DNA of 64,000 bases from Candidatus Eiseniibacteriota bacterium. Its GTDB lineage: Bacteria > Eisenbacteria > RBG-16-71-46 > JABDJR01. The notes beneath the pieces were generated by a model that saw only the letters and a list, made by a program, of their open reading frames with translations, ran no database searches and had not been told where the DNA came from. Positions 26,582-37,112 of this stretch are shown here, piece after piece. The stretch is taken from NCBI GenBank assembly GCA_963783375.1, contig CAWANH010000029.1, forward strand, positions 1 to 64,000. The letters run 5' to 3'. A program made the translations under genes and the position numbers. The number at the start of each line of letters is the position of its first letter. The first letter of the stretch is position 1.

Positions 26582-27649
26582 CTAGAGGAACCGGGTGAAG
26601 GTGACGTCCAGCTGCCGCCTCTGGGTCCGGGCGTTTCGCCACTGCACGAGGATCGGGCTCTGGTAGGTGCCCTCCACGATCGCCCCCGGGCCCCGTCCTT
26701 CCGCTTCGCTCACCACCAGGCTCACCGACCGCTTCATCCGCATGATCCGAGCCACCGGGAAGGCCAGGAACTTGTCCACCGCGCGCTCCAGGCTCGATCC
26801 GCTGATCCCCAGGGCGTCCATGACCTCGTTCAGCACCTGGACGAAGTCGTACTTCGCGTAGTTCAGCGTCTTCCCGGGAATGGCCCGCGGATCCAGGAGC
26901 ATGTTCCGCCCCTTCTCGGCCATGAACCGGAGCGGGTCCCTGAGCACCTCGGCGAAGTCGTGCCGCATGAGGAGGGTCTCGTACTCGTTTACGGTGAGCG
27001 CGGCGTTCCCCTCCCCGGGGGCCAGGGCGATGTCGATCCGCCCCCGGCCGATCTCGAGCTTCCGGACCAGGTGGCAGAGCTCCTCGTAGAGGCCGAACCG
27101 GGGGTCCTTCAGGTTCACCGAGTCGATGGGGTGGACGGAGGTCGGCACCTCCATCCGGATCCGCCCCACCGTTTCCTCGCGGTTGAACCCGATGATCGTG
27201 GTCCGCCGGCGGCGCTGGGCGCGCCCGTTCACACCGTCGAGATCGATGAAGTAGACCGGGGTGTCGGAGCGGTTGAGGTAGGTCACGCAGCTCCGGAGCC
27301 CGGACCCGATGAAGGTCAGGTGCGAGTCGCCGTTTCGCGGCTCCACCCGGCGCTGGGCCTCGGAGAGCTCGCTTCGCAGGTGGAGCTGATCGTGCTGGTA
27401 CTCGGCTCCCGGGGGGAAGAACTTCTGGAACGTCCCGATGAACTGGCCCAGGGACTCCCGGTCGTGATTCAGCCGGGCGCAGAAGCTCTGTTCCAGGTAT
27501 CCGGCAGTGGTGTGATGGGAGCAGTACACGGCTTTCCGGTAGCGCTGGAAGAACCCATCGAAGTGGGTAGCAAGACGCTGGCCGACGTCGATCACGTCGA
27601 AGCGCGCTTCCGGCCGGAGCTCGAGGCTGATCTCTGCGGGTGGCGACAT
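26582..27649 (-). CDS. Hypothetical protein with YjbQ/UPF0047-like motifs, possibly two copies of the fold
   Basis: SHHTTAG...EPRNGDSHL in the N-half; LTVNEYE...GTYQSPILVQW in the C-half. Confidence 0.55.
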   Translation of the reverse strand: MSPPAEISLELRPEARFDVIDVGQRLATHFDGFFQRYRKAVYCSHHTTAGYLEQSFCARLNHDRESLGQFIGTFQKFFPPGAEYQHDQLHLRSELSEAQRRVEPRNGDSHLTFIGSGLRSCVTYLNRSDTPVYFIDLDGVNGRAQRRRRTTIIGFNREETVGRIRMEVPTSVHPIDSVNLKDPRFGLYEELCHLVRKLEIGRGRIDIALAPGEGNAALTVNEYETLLMRHDFAEVLRDPLRFMAEKGRNMLLDPRAIPGKTLNYAKYDFVQVLNEVMDALGISGSSLERAVDKFLAFPVARIMRMKRSVSLVVSEAEGRGPGAIVEGTYQSPILVQWRNARTQRRQLDVTFTRFL

Positions 27650-27854
27650 TGAATGTGGGGTCTCCGGGGATGAAATTCTACGCTTTTTGTCGGATGGAGT
27701 CAATCCATCCTTGCCTCGACCCTCGGGACCCCGGAAGGGCGCCCCCCCGCCGCGTGGTCATCGCCGGCCGGGTCTGGCACAATCACGGTGGCCCCAGCCG
27801 CCGGATGCGCCCGGCAACCCGGCTATTCCCAATAGACTCAGCGAGGAGCTTTCC

Positions 27855-28886
27855 ATGCGCGCGGTGGTTGTTCATGAGCACGGCGGTCTCGATGCCCTTA
27901 CCATCGGGGAGCGCCCCGATCCCGAGCCGGCCCCGGGGGAAGTCCGGGTGCGGATTCGCGCCGCCGCCCTGAACCACCTCGATCTCTGGGTGCGGAGGGG
28001 GGTCCCCGGGGTGCGGTATCCGCTCCCCATCATCCCCGGTTGCGACGGGTCGGGAATCGTGGATCGGGTGGGGGAGGGGGTGACGGGGATCGAGGCGGGC
28101 TCGGCCTGCGTGCTGGCCCCCGGGGTCTCGTGCGGCCGGTGCGAGGCCTGCTCGCGGGGCGAGGACCATCTCTGCCGCTGGTACGGCATCCTCGGCGAGC
28201 ACCGGGACGGCGCCTGCGCCGATTTCATCACCGTTCCCGCCCGGAACATCCTCCCCAAGCCCGAGAATCTCTCCTTCGAGGACGCGGCGGCCTTCGGGTT
28301 GTCGTTCCTCACCGCCTGGCACATGGTTTTCGAGCGCGCGCGGCTCCGCCCCGGCGAGACCGTGCTCGTACACGCCGCCGGGAGCGGCGTCTCCACCGCG
28401 GCCATCCAGATGGCCGATTTTCTCGGCGCCCGGATCATCGCCACCGCCGGGAGTGAAGAGAAGCTCTCCCGGGCCCGGGACCTGGGCGCGACCGAGACCA
28501 TCAACTACCGCACCGCAGACTTCGCCGACGAGGTCCGCCGCTTCACCGGGAAACGCGGGGTGGACGTGATCCTGGACCACGTGGGCCGCGACACCTGGGA
28601 GAGGAACATTCGAAGTCTGGTCAAGGGCGGCCGCCTGGTGATCTGCGGCAACACCAGCGGGCGCGAGGCAGTGACCTCCCTCCCGCACGTGTTCTTCAAG
28701 AGCCTCTCCCTGCTCGGTTCCACCATGGGTTCCCGGGCCGAGCTCTACGACATCATCCGGCTCATCGAACGGGAGGTTCTCACCCCGGTGGTGGACCGGG
28801 TGCTCCCGATGTCCGATATCGCCGAGGCCCACCGGGTGCTGGAAGACCGCGAGGCCTTCGGCAAGGTGGTGGTCACCCCGTGGTAG
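27855..28886 (+). CDS. Zinc-binding alcohol dehydrogenase / quinone oxidoreductase (MDR family)
   Basis: AGGAG SD; ALNHLD; PGCDGSG; CGRCEAC...C; AAGSGV; FGKVVV. Confidence 0.92.
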   Translation: MRAVVVHEHGGLDALTIGERPDPEPAPGEVRVRIRAAALNHLDLWVRRGVPGVRYPLPIIPGCDGSGIVDRVGEGVTGIEAGSACVLAPGVSCGRCEACSRGEDHLCRWYGILGEHRDGACADFITVPARNILPKPENLSFEDAAAFGLSFLTAWHMVFERARLRPGETVLVHAAGSGVSTAAIQMADFLGARIIATAGSEEKLSRARDLGATETINYRTADFADEVRRFTGKRGVDVILDHVGRDTWERNIRSLVKGGRLVICGNTSGREAVTSLPHVFFKSLSLLGSTMGSRAELYDIIRLIEREVLTPVVDRVLPMSDIAEAHRVLEDREAFGKVVVTPW

Positions 28887-28965
28887 GGTGGCGGGGGATT
28901 CGAGCTCTCGAAGACCCCGGAGCACGCAGGTCGCCAGGAGGATACGATCCCTTTGGTGGAGGTAA

Positions 28966-29270
28966 CCGATGACCGAGGTCCTTCTCCGCGAGCGCCGCGC
29001 CACCACGGAGATACTCACGCTCAATCGCCCCTACGGCACGGAGTCCCGATGACCGAGGTCCTTCTCCGCGAGCGCCGCGCCACCACGGAGATACTCACGC
29101 TCAATCGCCCCTACCGCACGGAGTCCCGATGACCGAGGTCCTTCTCCGCGAGCGCCGCGCCACCACGGAGATACTCACGCTCAATCGCCCCTACCGCACG
29201 GAGTCCCGATGACCGAGGTCCTTCTCCGCGAGCGCCGCGCCACCACGGAGATACTCACGCTCAATCGCCC
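28966..29270 (+). repeat. 80-bp-period repeat of the enoyl-CoA hydratase 5' end (four starts)
   Basis: ATGACCGAGGTCCTT...CTCAATCGCCC at 28969, 29049, 29129 and 29209, separated by CTAC(G/C)GCACGGAGTCCCG. Confidence 0.95.
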
Positions 29271-29967
29271 AAAAAAACGCAACGCCCTGAACCTGGATCT
29301 GGTCCAGGCGCTTCACCGTGCCCTCGACGAGCTGGGCGCGGACCGTAGCCTGGCCGCGGTGGTGGTGGTCGGAGCGGGGGAGCACTTCATGGCCGGGGCG
29401 GACATCGCCCAGCTCCTGGAGCGGAACGCCGCCGATGCCCTCGATTCCCTGAACGGCTCCCTATTCACCCGCATCGAGGAGCTCGCCGTGCCGGTGGTGG
29501 CGGCGATCCGGGGCTACGCCCTCGGTGGAGGCTGCGAGCTGGCCTTGGCCTGTGACATCCGGGTGGCCGGGCGCTCCGCCCGGTTCGGCCAGCCCGAGGT
29601 GGGGCTGGGTATCGTGCCCGGCGCGGGGGCCACCTATCGCCTCCCCAGGCTGGTCGGCCTCGGCCGGGCCAAGGAGCTGATCCTGACCGGGCGGGTGATC
29701 GCGGCGGAGGAAGCGGAGGCCATGGGCCTGGTGAATCGGGTCGTGGACGATGCGCGGGTTCTGGACGAGGCTCTCGGCGTGGCCGAGGCGGTGGCCGCTC
29801 AGGGACGGGAGGCGGTACGCTTGGCCAAGCTGGCCCTGAACGCCCAGCGGCACGGAACCGAAGCGGGAGCGGCAATGGAGCGCTCGGCTCAGGCCCGGCT
29901 CTACGAGACCTCGGAGAAGACCCGGCGGATGACCGCGTTCCTGAGCCGAAAACGCGGCCGCAATTGA
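29209..29967 (+). CDS. Enoyl-CoA hydratase/isomerase
   Basis: LTLNRPKKRNAL; FMAGADI; ALGGGCELALACD; FGQPEVGLG. Confidence 0.93.
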   Translation: MTEVLLRERRATTEILTLNRPKKRNALNLDLVQALHRALDELGADRSLAAVVVVGAGEHFMAGADIAQLLERNAADALDSLNGSLFTRIEELAVPVVAAIRGYALGGGCELALACDIRVAGRSARFGQPEVGLGIVPGAGATYRLPRLVGLGRAKELILTGRVIAAEEAEAMGLVNRVVDDARVLDEALGVAEAVAAQGREAVRLAKLALNAQRHGTEAGAAMERSAQARLYETSEKTRRMTAFLSRKRGRN

Positions 29968-30151
29968 GCCTCCAGGCCGCCCCGCCGGGGTCCCCGGCTG
30001 ACCGAATCGGTCCTAAACTCGCTCGCCCGCGACCCGATCACTGGTAAATGGGCCCGGACCGTGGAATCTCTCCGTCGGGTATGGGTCTTAGTGTTTTACG
30101 CTGTAATTAGTTACGGCGTCCGTCTCGGGTGACTTCGAGAGGATCGCTCCC

Positions 30152-30511
30152 ATGATCGTCAGGCACCGCGTGGGACCCATGGCCGACCTCCGCGACTCCG
30201 AAGGGGTCCGGGTCCGGCTGGGAGAGCGGATGGTGGCCGTCTTCCGCCGGGGGGATGAGGTCTTCGCCCTCGGCGACTCCTGCCCCCACATGGGCGCGTC
30301 CCTCTCCGAGGGCTACCTCGATGCGACCTCGGTAGTCTGTCCGTGGCACGGCTGGGCGTTCAATCTCCACGACGGAAGCTCTCCATTCGACGACGAAGCC
30401 CTGGTTGAGGTGTATCGTGTGACGGTGGAGGAGGGCATTGTCTACGTCCTGGTGGATGAGGAGGCCGCCGACCGCGCCGGCCTTCCCTGCTCGGAGCGGG
30501 ACCGGGACTGA
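30152..30511 (+). CDS. Rieske [2Fe-2S] ferredoxin (NirD-like)
   Basis: SCPHMGASL...VCPWHGWAF. Confidence 0.9.
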   Translation: MIVRHRVGPMADLRDSEGVRVRLGERMVAVFRRGDEVFALGDSCPHMGASLSEGYLDATSVVCPWHGWAFNLHDGSSPFDDEALVEVYRVTVEEGIVYVLVDEEAADRAGLPCSERDRD

Positions 30512-30526
30512 TCCCCCGGAGGTTCC

Positions 30527-31186
30527 TTGAACGCGCCCAGACCGGACATCGTCCCGGTGTTTCCCTTGCCCAACGTGGTGCTCTTCCCCAACGTCACCCT
30601 TCCCCTCCTGGTGTTCGAACCCCGGTACCGCCAGTTGGTGGAGGACGTGCTTCGGGGTGACCGCTGGTTGGCCATACCCCTCCTCCGTCCCGGACGCTCC
30701 GACTCCGACGATCCGGAGTTCGAGGAACTCGGGGGCGCGGGCCGGATCGGCCGCTACACCCGCCTTCCCGACGGCAGGATGAACATCATGGTGGAAGGGG
30801 AGGAGCGAGTGCGCCTGGTGGAGGTGCCCTCGGACCGGCTCTACCGCCGGGCCAAGGCGGTTTCTGCCCCCGAAGACCCGGTCTGGCTCTCGGGACGGGA
30901 TGCCGCGCGGACCCTGAAGGAGATCCTCGTCCTGGGGATCGAGTTGGGGGTTCTGGATCGCGAGGCAGTGGGGAAGGCGCCGCCGCGGGGCCGGGACCAG
31001 CGCGCGCTCTTCCTCAACCAGCTCGCCTCGGTGGTTCTCGCCGAACCCGCCGAACGCCAGGCCATGCTGGAGGCGCACGACTATGGGGCGCGCGCCGGGC
31101 TTGTCCTCCACCAGCTCCGTCTTGCCGCAAGCATTGTCACCAGCCTCGGCCGCCTGCCCCGGCCCGATGATCCCAGCCGGAACTGA
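30527..31186 (+). CDS. LON peptidase substrate-binding domain protein
   Basis: PVFPLPNVVLFP...LLVFEPRYRQLV; LPDGRMNI. Confidence 0.9.
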   Translation: MNAPRPDIVPVFPLPNVVLFPNVTLPLLVFEPRYRQLVEDVLRGDRWLAIPLLRPGRSDSDDPEFEELGGAGRIGRYTRLPDGRMNIMVEGEERVRLVEVPSDRLYRRAKAVSAPEDPVWLSGRDAARTLKEILVLGIELGVLDREAVGKAPPRGRDQRALFLNQLASVVLAEPAERQAMLEAHDYGARAGLVLHQLRLAASIVTSLGRLPRPDDPSRN

Positions 31187-31226
31187 ACTCCCGAGGGATC
31201 ACCCGGCGATCCCGCTCGGGACCGCA

Positions 31227-31293
31227 ACCGGCCCGGGGAAGCCGCCCGCTCAGGAAACGGACCGGCCCGGGGAAGCCGCCCGCTCAGGAAACG
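31227..31293. repeat. 34-bp tandem duplication covering the GT2 stop codon
   Basis: ACCGGCCCGGGGAAGCCGCCCGCTCAGGAAACG at 31227 and 31261. Confidence 0.85.
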
Positions 31294-32324
31294 AACCGGT
31301 AGTGCGTTCCAGCCCGGTAGCCCCGTTCCTGAAGCAATCCCTCCAGGGTCGCGCGGGACTTCATCGTCCCGTAGGCGAGGATCCAGTAGATCTCGGCCGA
31401 CCCGTTTCGGGCCCGCGCCGCCGGGGTGATGTGGGGGCATCCGACCCTCTGGGGTGGGGGTAGGTGGGGGAGGCCGTCCCCGCCCCGGACCCCGCGCGGG
31501 TTCACCTCCACCGACCGCACCCGGAACCCGCGGCTCCGCATGCCCTCATCCCAGTCTTCCAGGGATCGTCCCCAGCCCCAGATGAGAAGTTGCCGGTCCC
31601 TGGAGCTGACCTCGGCGCAAGCGTCCATGGCCACCCTGCGGAACCCCTCGCGGGAGAGGCGCGGATCCCGGCGGCTGGTCCGTTCAGGGCCGTCCCGCCA
31701 GAGATAGAGCTCGCGGTTCACCTTCCCGAAGCGCCAGCCTGCCGCCGCCCCCCGGAGCCACAGGTCGAGGTCCTCGGGGCCGTCGACCTCTCGCCAACCC
31801 CCGATCCGTTCCAGCGCCTCCCGTCGGAACAGCGCAGTGGCGTGGGTCAGGGGGCTTTCCACCAGGAGGTTTCGCACCAGGGCGCGGTGGGTGAGGAGCC
31901 GGTTCTGCCAGCGAACGTAGTCCTTCATGTTCGCCGAGATCTCGGTCTCGGGGATCATGCGCACCGCGGTTCCCACCACGTCCAGACCCGGGTGCCGCTC
32001 CATGTGGCGAAGCTGGCGCCGAAGCCGGTCCGGCATGCACAGGTCGTCGGCGTCCATGCGGGCGATATAGCGCCCCTTCGCCTTGGCCAGAGCCGTGTTC
32101 AGCGCGGTGACCAGCCCCGAGGGGGGGAGGGCCACGATGCGAACCCGGGGGTCCCGGCACCCGGCGAACTGGGCGATATCGAGGGTGGCGTCCTCCGAGC
32201 CGTCGTCCGCGACCAGGACCTCCATGTCCAGGCCGAATCCCTCCTGTCCCAGAACGCACTCCAGGGCGGCCGGGAGGGTGTCGGCGGCGTTCCGTGCGGG
32301 GAGGAGGACAGAGATCGAGACCAT
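31284..32324 (-). CDS. Glycosyltransferase family 2
   Basis: ISVLLPARN; ADDGSED; ARMDADD; EDLDLWLR. Confidence 0.9.
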   Translation of the reverse strand: MVSISVLLPARNAADTLPAALECVLGQEGFGLDMEVLVADDGSEDATLDIAQFAGCRDPRVRIVALPPSGLVTALNTALAKAKGRYIARMDADDLCMPDRLRRQLRHMERHPGLDVVGTAVRMIPETEISANMKDYVRWQNRLLTHRALVRNLLVESPLTHATALFRREALERIGGWREVDGPEDLDLWLRGAAAGWRFGKVNRELYLWRDGPERTSRRDPRLSREGFRRVAMDACAEVSSRDRQLLIWGWGRSLEDWDEGMRSRGFRVRSVEVNPRGVRGGDGLPHLPPPQRVGCPHITPAARARNGSAEIYWILAYGTMKSRATLEGLLQERGYRAGTHYRFVS

Positions 32325-32550
32325 GGTCAATCGGGTTTTCCCATCGCGGCGGATTACGTATCCTGTTGGTTCCGCATTCCGCTCCGGGAACGCGCGAACC
32401 CTGCGGATCGCGGGGGAGCGGTCCGTCGTTTCGGGTGCGTTTCGGGGAGAACCGGGGGCACGGTTCCCGAATCACGATTTCGCATCATCAAGGGGACAAC
32501 GCACAGAGCCAGTCTGGCAGGTTTTTCGGCCCGAGTCCAGGAGATCCCAT

Positions 32551-33330
32551 TTGCCTACAAAAGCGACGGTTCTGACCCTGTTCGCGCATCCCGACGACGA
32601 GACCTTCGGCCCCGGGGGCACGCTGGCCCGCCTGGCCTCGGAAGGCCATCCCGTGCACCTGGTGTGCGCCACCCGAGGCGAGGCGGGCACCATCGGCCGC
32701 TCCGCCGCCATGGGACGCCGCCGGTTGGCCGCCCTCCGTGAACGGGAACTCATCGGAGCCTGCCGGGCCCTCGGGCTTCTCCCCCCGCACATCCTCTTCC
32801 TTCCCGACTACGGTCTCGGACGCCTGGGGGCGGAAACCCTGGTTCGACCCTTCGTGCGTTGGATCCGCGAGGTCCGCCCCTCGATCCTCGTCACCTTCCA
32901 CGCCAACGGGATCAGCGGCCATCTCGACCACCGCACGGTTACCGACCGCGCGGTCGCCGCCTTCGAAGCGGCGGGCGATCCGGCCTACGCGCCCGACCTG
33001 GGTCCGGTCCACGCCCCGGATCGACTCTGGACCTACGCCCTCCCGGAATCCCGGGCGCGGCGGATCGACTATCGCCGGATCCACTCGGTCCCCGATGCGG
33101 AGATCGACGCCCTGATCGACGTGAGCGCGTCCATCGGGGCCAAGCGCGGCGCGGTGGCGGCTCACGCCAGCCAGAAACCATTCATCGACGACATGGAGGC
33201 GCGGTTGGGGGACCTGACCGGGTTCTGGAGCCCGGAGGCGTTCGTGCTGGCCGCGGCGCGGACCCCGCTTCCTCCGGGGGTGCCGCGCCCGGTGACGGAC
33301 CTCTTCGCGGGAATGGGAGCAGGCTCCTAG
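32551..33330 (+). CDS. PIG-L/LmbE-family deacetylase
   Basis: AGGAG SD with TTG start; FAHPDDE; ATRGEAG; RERE; GHLDH; AHASQ. Confidence 0.88.
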   Translation: MPTKATVLTLFAHPDDETFGPGGTLARLASEGHPVHLVCATRGEAGTIGRSAAMGRRRLAALRERELIGACRALGLLPPHILFLPDYGLGRLGAETLVRPFVRWIREVRPSILVTFHANGISGHLDHRTVTDRAVAAFEAAGDPAYAPDLGPVHAPDRLWTYALPESRARRIDYRRIHSVPDAEIDALIDVSASIGAKRGAVAAHASQKPFIDDMEARLGDLTGFWSPEAFVLAAARTPLPPGVPRPVTDLFAGMGAGS

Positions 33331-34373
33331 ATTTCCAGGTCGCCGGAGCCGGACCCCCGTTCCCGCACCGTCCCGTCCCCGAAGTCCAGGATGTCCTCGA
33401 AGCGGCGCCGGAACGTGTCGGGGTCCATCCGCTCCGGGCCGACGCCCCGTTCGCGCGCCTCCTCCAACAACGCCAGCACCCGTTCGTTCACCGGAGCGTC
33501 CAGGCCGTGGGCCCGGGCGAGCCTCACGATCTCGCCGTGATAGAAGTCGTTCTCCAGCCGCGGACGGCGGTGATGGAGGTTCTGCCAGGTGGAGTTGTAC
33601 ACGCCCCCGGTCGTGTCGGGGGGGGAGCCGCCGGCGCGAAAGCGGGCGAGAAGCTCCTCCACGCCCTGCCCCAGTCCCGAGGCCGGCTCGGGCCGGTACC
33701 CCGCCGCCCTGAGCGCCCGGCGGCCTTCTTCGAGCACCGCCACCTGCACCCGGGCCAGAGCCGGCTCTGCCCCGGTGCGCTTCATGAGCACCGGGGGACC
33801 GCTCACCAGGTTGACCAGGAGCTTGAGCGCCTTGTCCGCCCCGATCTCCGGCGACTCCGCCGCGGTGAATCCGGCCGCGGCCAGATCCTCCACCAGCGCC
33901 TCGGCAAGCGCATCCCGCCCCCGCGGATACCGGCCCACAATGAGCTGGCCGGGACGGCGGAGCCGGACCTCCCCCGGATCGAGCAGGGTGGCGGTGAACC
34001 GAACCACCCCGCCGTAGAGCCGGGGACAAAGTGGGGCGGCGGTCTCCTCGGCCCGGATGCCGTTCTGCCAGGTCACCACCGCCCGGGTGCGGGCGGCCTC
34101 GGAGACGGCCGCCGCGGCGTCGGCCGCGTCGGGAGCCTGGACGGTGATGAACAGCACGGCGTCGCCGGGAAGCTCCGCCGGGAGGGCGGTTACCGCCAAG
34201 ACCGGGGCGATGAAGGTCTCGTCCCGGGAGACCGTCCGGAGTCCCCGGCCGGCCCGAATGGCCTCCGCGTGGGCGGGGCGGGCGACGACGGTCACCGGGT
34301 GCCCCCGCCGGGCCAGGTAGGCGGCGAGCGCCGATCCCACCGCCCCCGCTCCGTAGACGACATAGGGTCTCAT
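33327..34373 (-). CDS. Ketopantoate reductase family protein (PanE/ApbA)
   Basis: YGAGAVG; WQNGI; KLLVNL; NSTWQ; LEND...GEIV. Confidence 0.8.
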   Translation of the reverse strand: MRPYVVYGAGAVGSALAAYLARRGHPVTVVARPAHAEAIRAGRGLRTVSRDETFIAPVLAVTALPAELPGDAVLFITVQAPDAADAAAAVSEAARTRAVVTWQNGIRAEETAAPLCPRLYGGVVRFTATLLDPGEVRLRRPGQLIVGRYPRGRDALAEALVEDLAAAGFTAAESPEIGADKALKLLVNLVSGPPVLMKRTGAEPALARVQVAVLEEGRRALRAAGYRPEPASGLGQGVEELLARFRAGGSPPDTTGGVYNSTWQNLHHRRPRLENDFYHGEIVRLARAHGLDAPVNERVLALLEEARERGVGPERMDPDTFRRRFEDILDFGDGTVRERGSGSGDLEI

Positions 34374-34446
34374 TCCCCCGATTGTAGGATCGGGCCTCGA
34401 ACCGTGCTACCGTGTAGTCGGGCTCACCACCCGCGAGGGCGGCACC

Positions 34447-36977
34447 ATGAACCGGTTTCGAGCGGCAATCCTCTTCCTCATTCTCTTCCTCTCGTTCAAC
34501 GCCTCCCCCGCCCCCGGAGAGGTACCGTCGGGGGCGTTGGATCCCGCGCTGCGCGCCCTGCTCGATCGCTCGCCCGAAGCGGCGGGGGGAGTTCTCTCCG
34601 AGGCCGCGGCCGGACGTCCGTCGGTCATCCCGCTCAGCCTGGGCTCGGCGGTGATCCCCGGGAATCCCCCCCGGCTCGAGGTCTTCCTGCGTGGGACGGA
34701 CGGGGGGGTTCCCGGCGGGCCCGGGGTGGACGTCATCCCGCTGGGGGACGGCCTCTACGGAGGTCTCGTCACCCTGGACGGCCTCCGCCGACTCCTGGCC
34801 GGGGAGGGCATCGCCGCCGCCCGCCTCTCCCGACCGGTTCAACCCGCCCTCGACCGGAGCGCCGCCTTCCTGGGAATGAACCTGATCCGGCGTCAGAACC
34901 CCCAGACCGGCGGATTCAGCGGCATCACCGGCAAGGGGGTGCTGGTGGGGCTCGCGGACAGCGGCGTGGACTGGAACCACCCCGACTTCCGCAATCCGGA
35001 CGGCACCACCCGGTTCGCCTGGTTCTGGGACCAGACCGTACCCTTCGGCCGACCCCCCCAGGGCTACCCGGTGGGGGAGGAGTACGACGCGCGCCTGCTC
35101 AACGGCGGCATCGGCGCCGCCTACGATCCCTCCGGCCACGGCACCCACGTGATGGGGATCGCCGCCGGAAACGGACGGGGTTCCCTGGTTCCCGGACGGG
35201 GGGCGCTCTACGTGGGCATCGCCCCCGAGGCGACCCTGATCGGGGTGCGTATCTCCTTCACCGAGCTGGGGGTGGCCATGGCCGCGAAGTACTTCTTCGA
35301 CAAGGCCGCTGAAATGGGCATGCCCGCGGTGCTCAACCTCAGCCTGGGAAACCAGTACGGTCCCCATCTGGGGGACACCCCCCTGGAGAATTCCCTCGAG
35401 AGCCGGGTCGGGCCCGGGCGGCTGATCGTGGCCGCGGCGGGCAATGATGGCGACCGCGATCTCCACGCCTGGATGGAGGTCGGGACCGGCGAATCCGACA
35501 CCCTCACCGTGGACCTGCCCCGCTACTCCAGGGACGGTTCGTTCAACTACGTCGACTTTGCCGGATGGTTCGACGTCCGGAACCGTTACCGATTCACCGT
35601 GCTCGACCCCGCCGGGGAGGCGGTGGGGGTCCTGAACTGGGGAGACACCGACGCGTCCTTCCAGAGCGGTTTCGGGGAGGTCCGGGGTTGGAACACCGAG
35701 GATATCGGGTACGGAAGCGTCCTGGTGGAAATCGCCGATGACGACAAGAGCCCGAGCCTGGCCGTGGGGGAGTACAAGCTGGTGGTGGAGGGGGTGGACG
35801 TCACCACCTCGCCCCGGGTCGATTTCTGGCTCGTGAGTTGGGTCAACAACCGCGACCGGGAGCCCAGCTTCCTCGACCACGCCGACCGCCGGGAGACCGT
35901 GCTGAACCCGGCCACCGCGCCGCACATCCTCGCGGTGGGCGCCCTCTCCACCCGGTCCTGCTGGACCGACGTGACCGGGAAGGAGCGTTGCTACACCACG
36001 CCCCCCGCCTACGGCGCCGTCGCCTACTTCTCCAGCCTGGGTCCCTCCGCCGACGGGCGCGTGAAGCCGGAGGTGCTGGCGCCGGGTTTCGGGGTGGTCT
36101 CCGCCCGGTCCTCCAACATCGACCCCGACGCCTACGATCCGGACCTGCTCAAGACCCTGAGCACTCCCGATCGTCTCTACTGGGTGAATCAGGGCACCAG
36201 CATGGCCGCGCCCCACGCCACCGGCACGGTGGCGCTTCTGCTTCAGCGCTTTCCGCGCATGACCTACGAGCAGATGGTCGGCCGGCTGACCTCCCGCTCC
36301 GAGCCCACCCTCGATCCCCGCACCGGGGATCAGGACCGCGCGCTTTTGACCGGGGAGGCGGTGGCCCCCATGGTCCGGATTCTCCTGTCCGAGGTCGAAC
36401 CGGATCCGGCCGGCGTTCGGATCCGCTGGTTTGCGGGCAAGAGCCGCGGCGAGACCCACTATCGGGTGTACAAGGGGTTCTCGGACCGGGGCCCCTTCGA
36501 GGCCCTGAACAGCGCCCGCATCGAGGGGGAGAATCCCTACGAGGTGGTCGACTCCCATCCGGAGCCGGGGCGGACTCAGGTGTACCGCATCGCCGTGGCC
36601 GACCGGAGGGGCCTGGAAGAGGACCTAGACACGCTCCGGGTGGACGTCACCGGCACCCCGTCCCCCGTCCTGCGCGCTCCCGCGCCCAACCCCGCCGCGG
36701 GCCCGGTGTCGGTGAGCTTCTTCCTTCCTCCCGGCGGCGCGGGGGGGAGTGGCGTCTCACCGCCTACGACGTCGCCGGGCGGCGGGTGGCGGTGGCGGCG
36801 TCGGGGGAGTTCGGGCCCGAGGGGACCGAGGCCAACGCGGTATGGGACCTCCGGCGGGACGACGGCCGGCGGGTGGCCGGCGGCCTGTACTTCCTGCGCC
36901 TCGACGCCACGACCACCCGGGCCGACGGATCGACGGCGTCCCGTACCTTCAGCCGGCGGGTGGCGGTGCTTCCGTAG
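34447..36977 (+). CDS. Secreted S8 subtilase with C-terminal FlgD-like domain (frameshifted in G7 run at 36741-36747)
   Basis: DSGVD, GHGTHVMGIAAG and GTSMAAPH catalytic triad; PAPNPA. One extra G joins it to WRLTAYDVAGRRV...WDLRRDDGRRVAGGLYFLRL. Confidence 0.88.
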
Positions 36978-37112
36978 ACCGGATCCAGGTCGGTCCGCTG
37001 GGTCTGCCCGGGCCCTCGAGCTCTTGCCCCGCGTTGCCCGTCACCAACCGCACCGCCCGCGCACCCTCGGTGAACCCGGGAGCGCGGACAGGACAGGCTC
37101 CCGGAAAGGCAG

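Noticed and set aside
28966-29270. CRISPR-like repeat-spacer array
   Set aside because: The repeat is the gene's own 5' end and the 15-nt linkers are near-identical.
32488-36558. 1356-aa minus-strand ORF
   Set aside because: GC-rich shadow frame over the deacetylase, PanE-like and S8 genes; no motifs.
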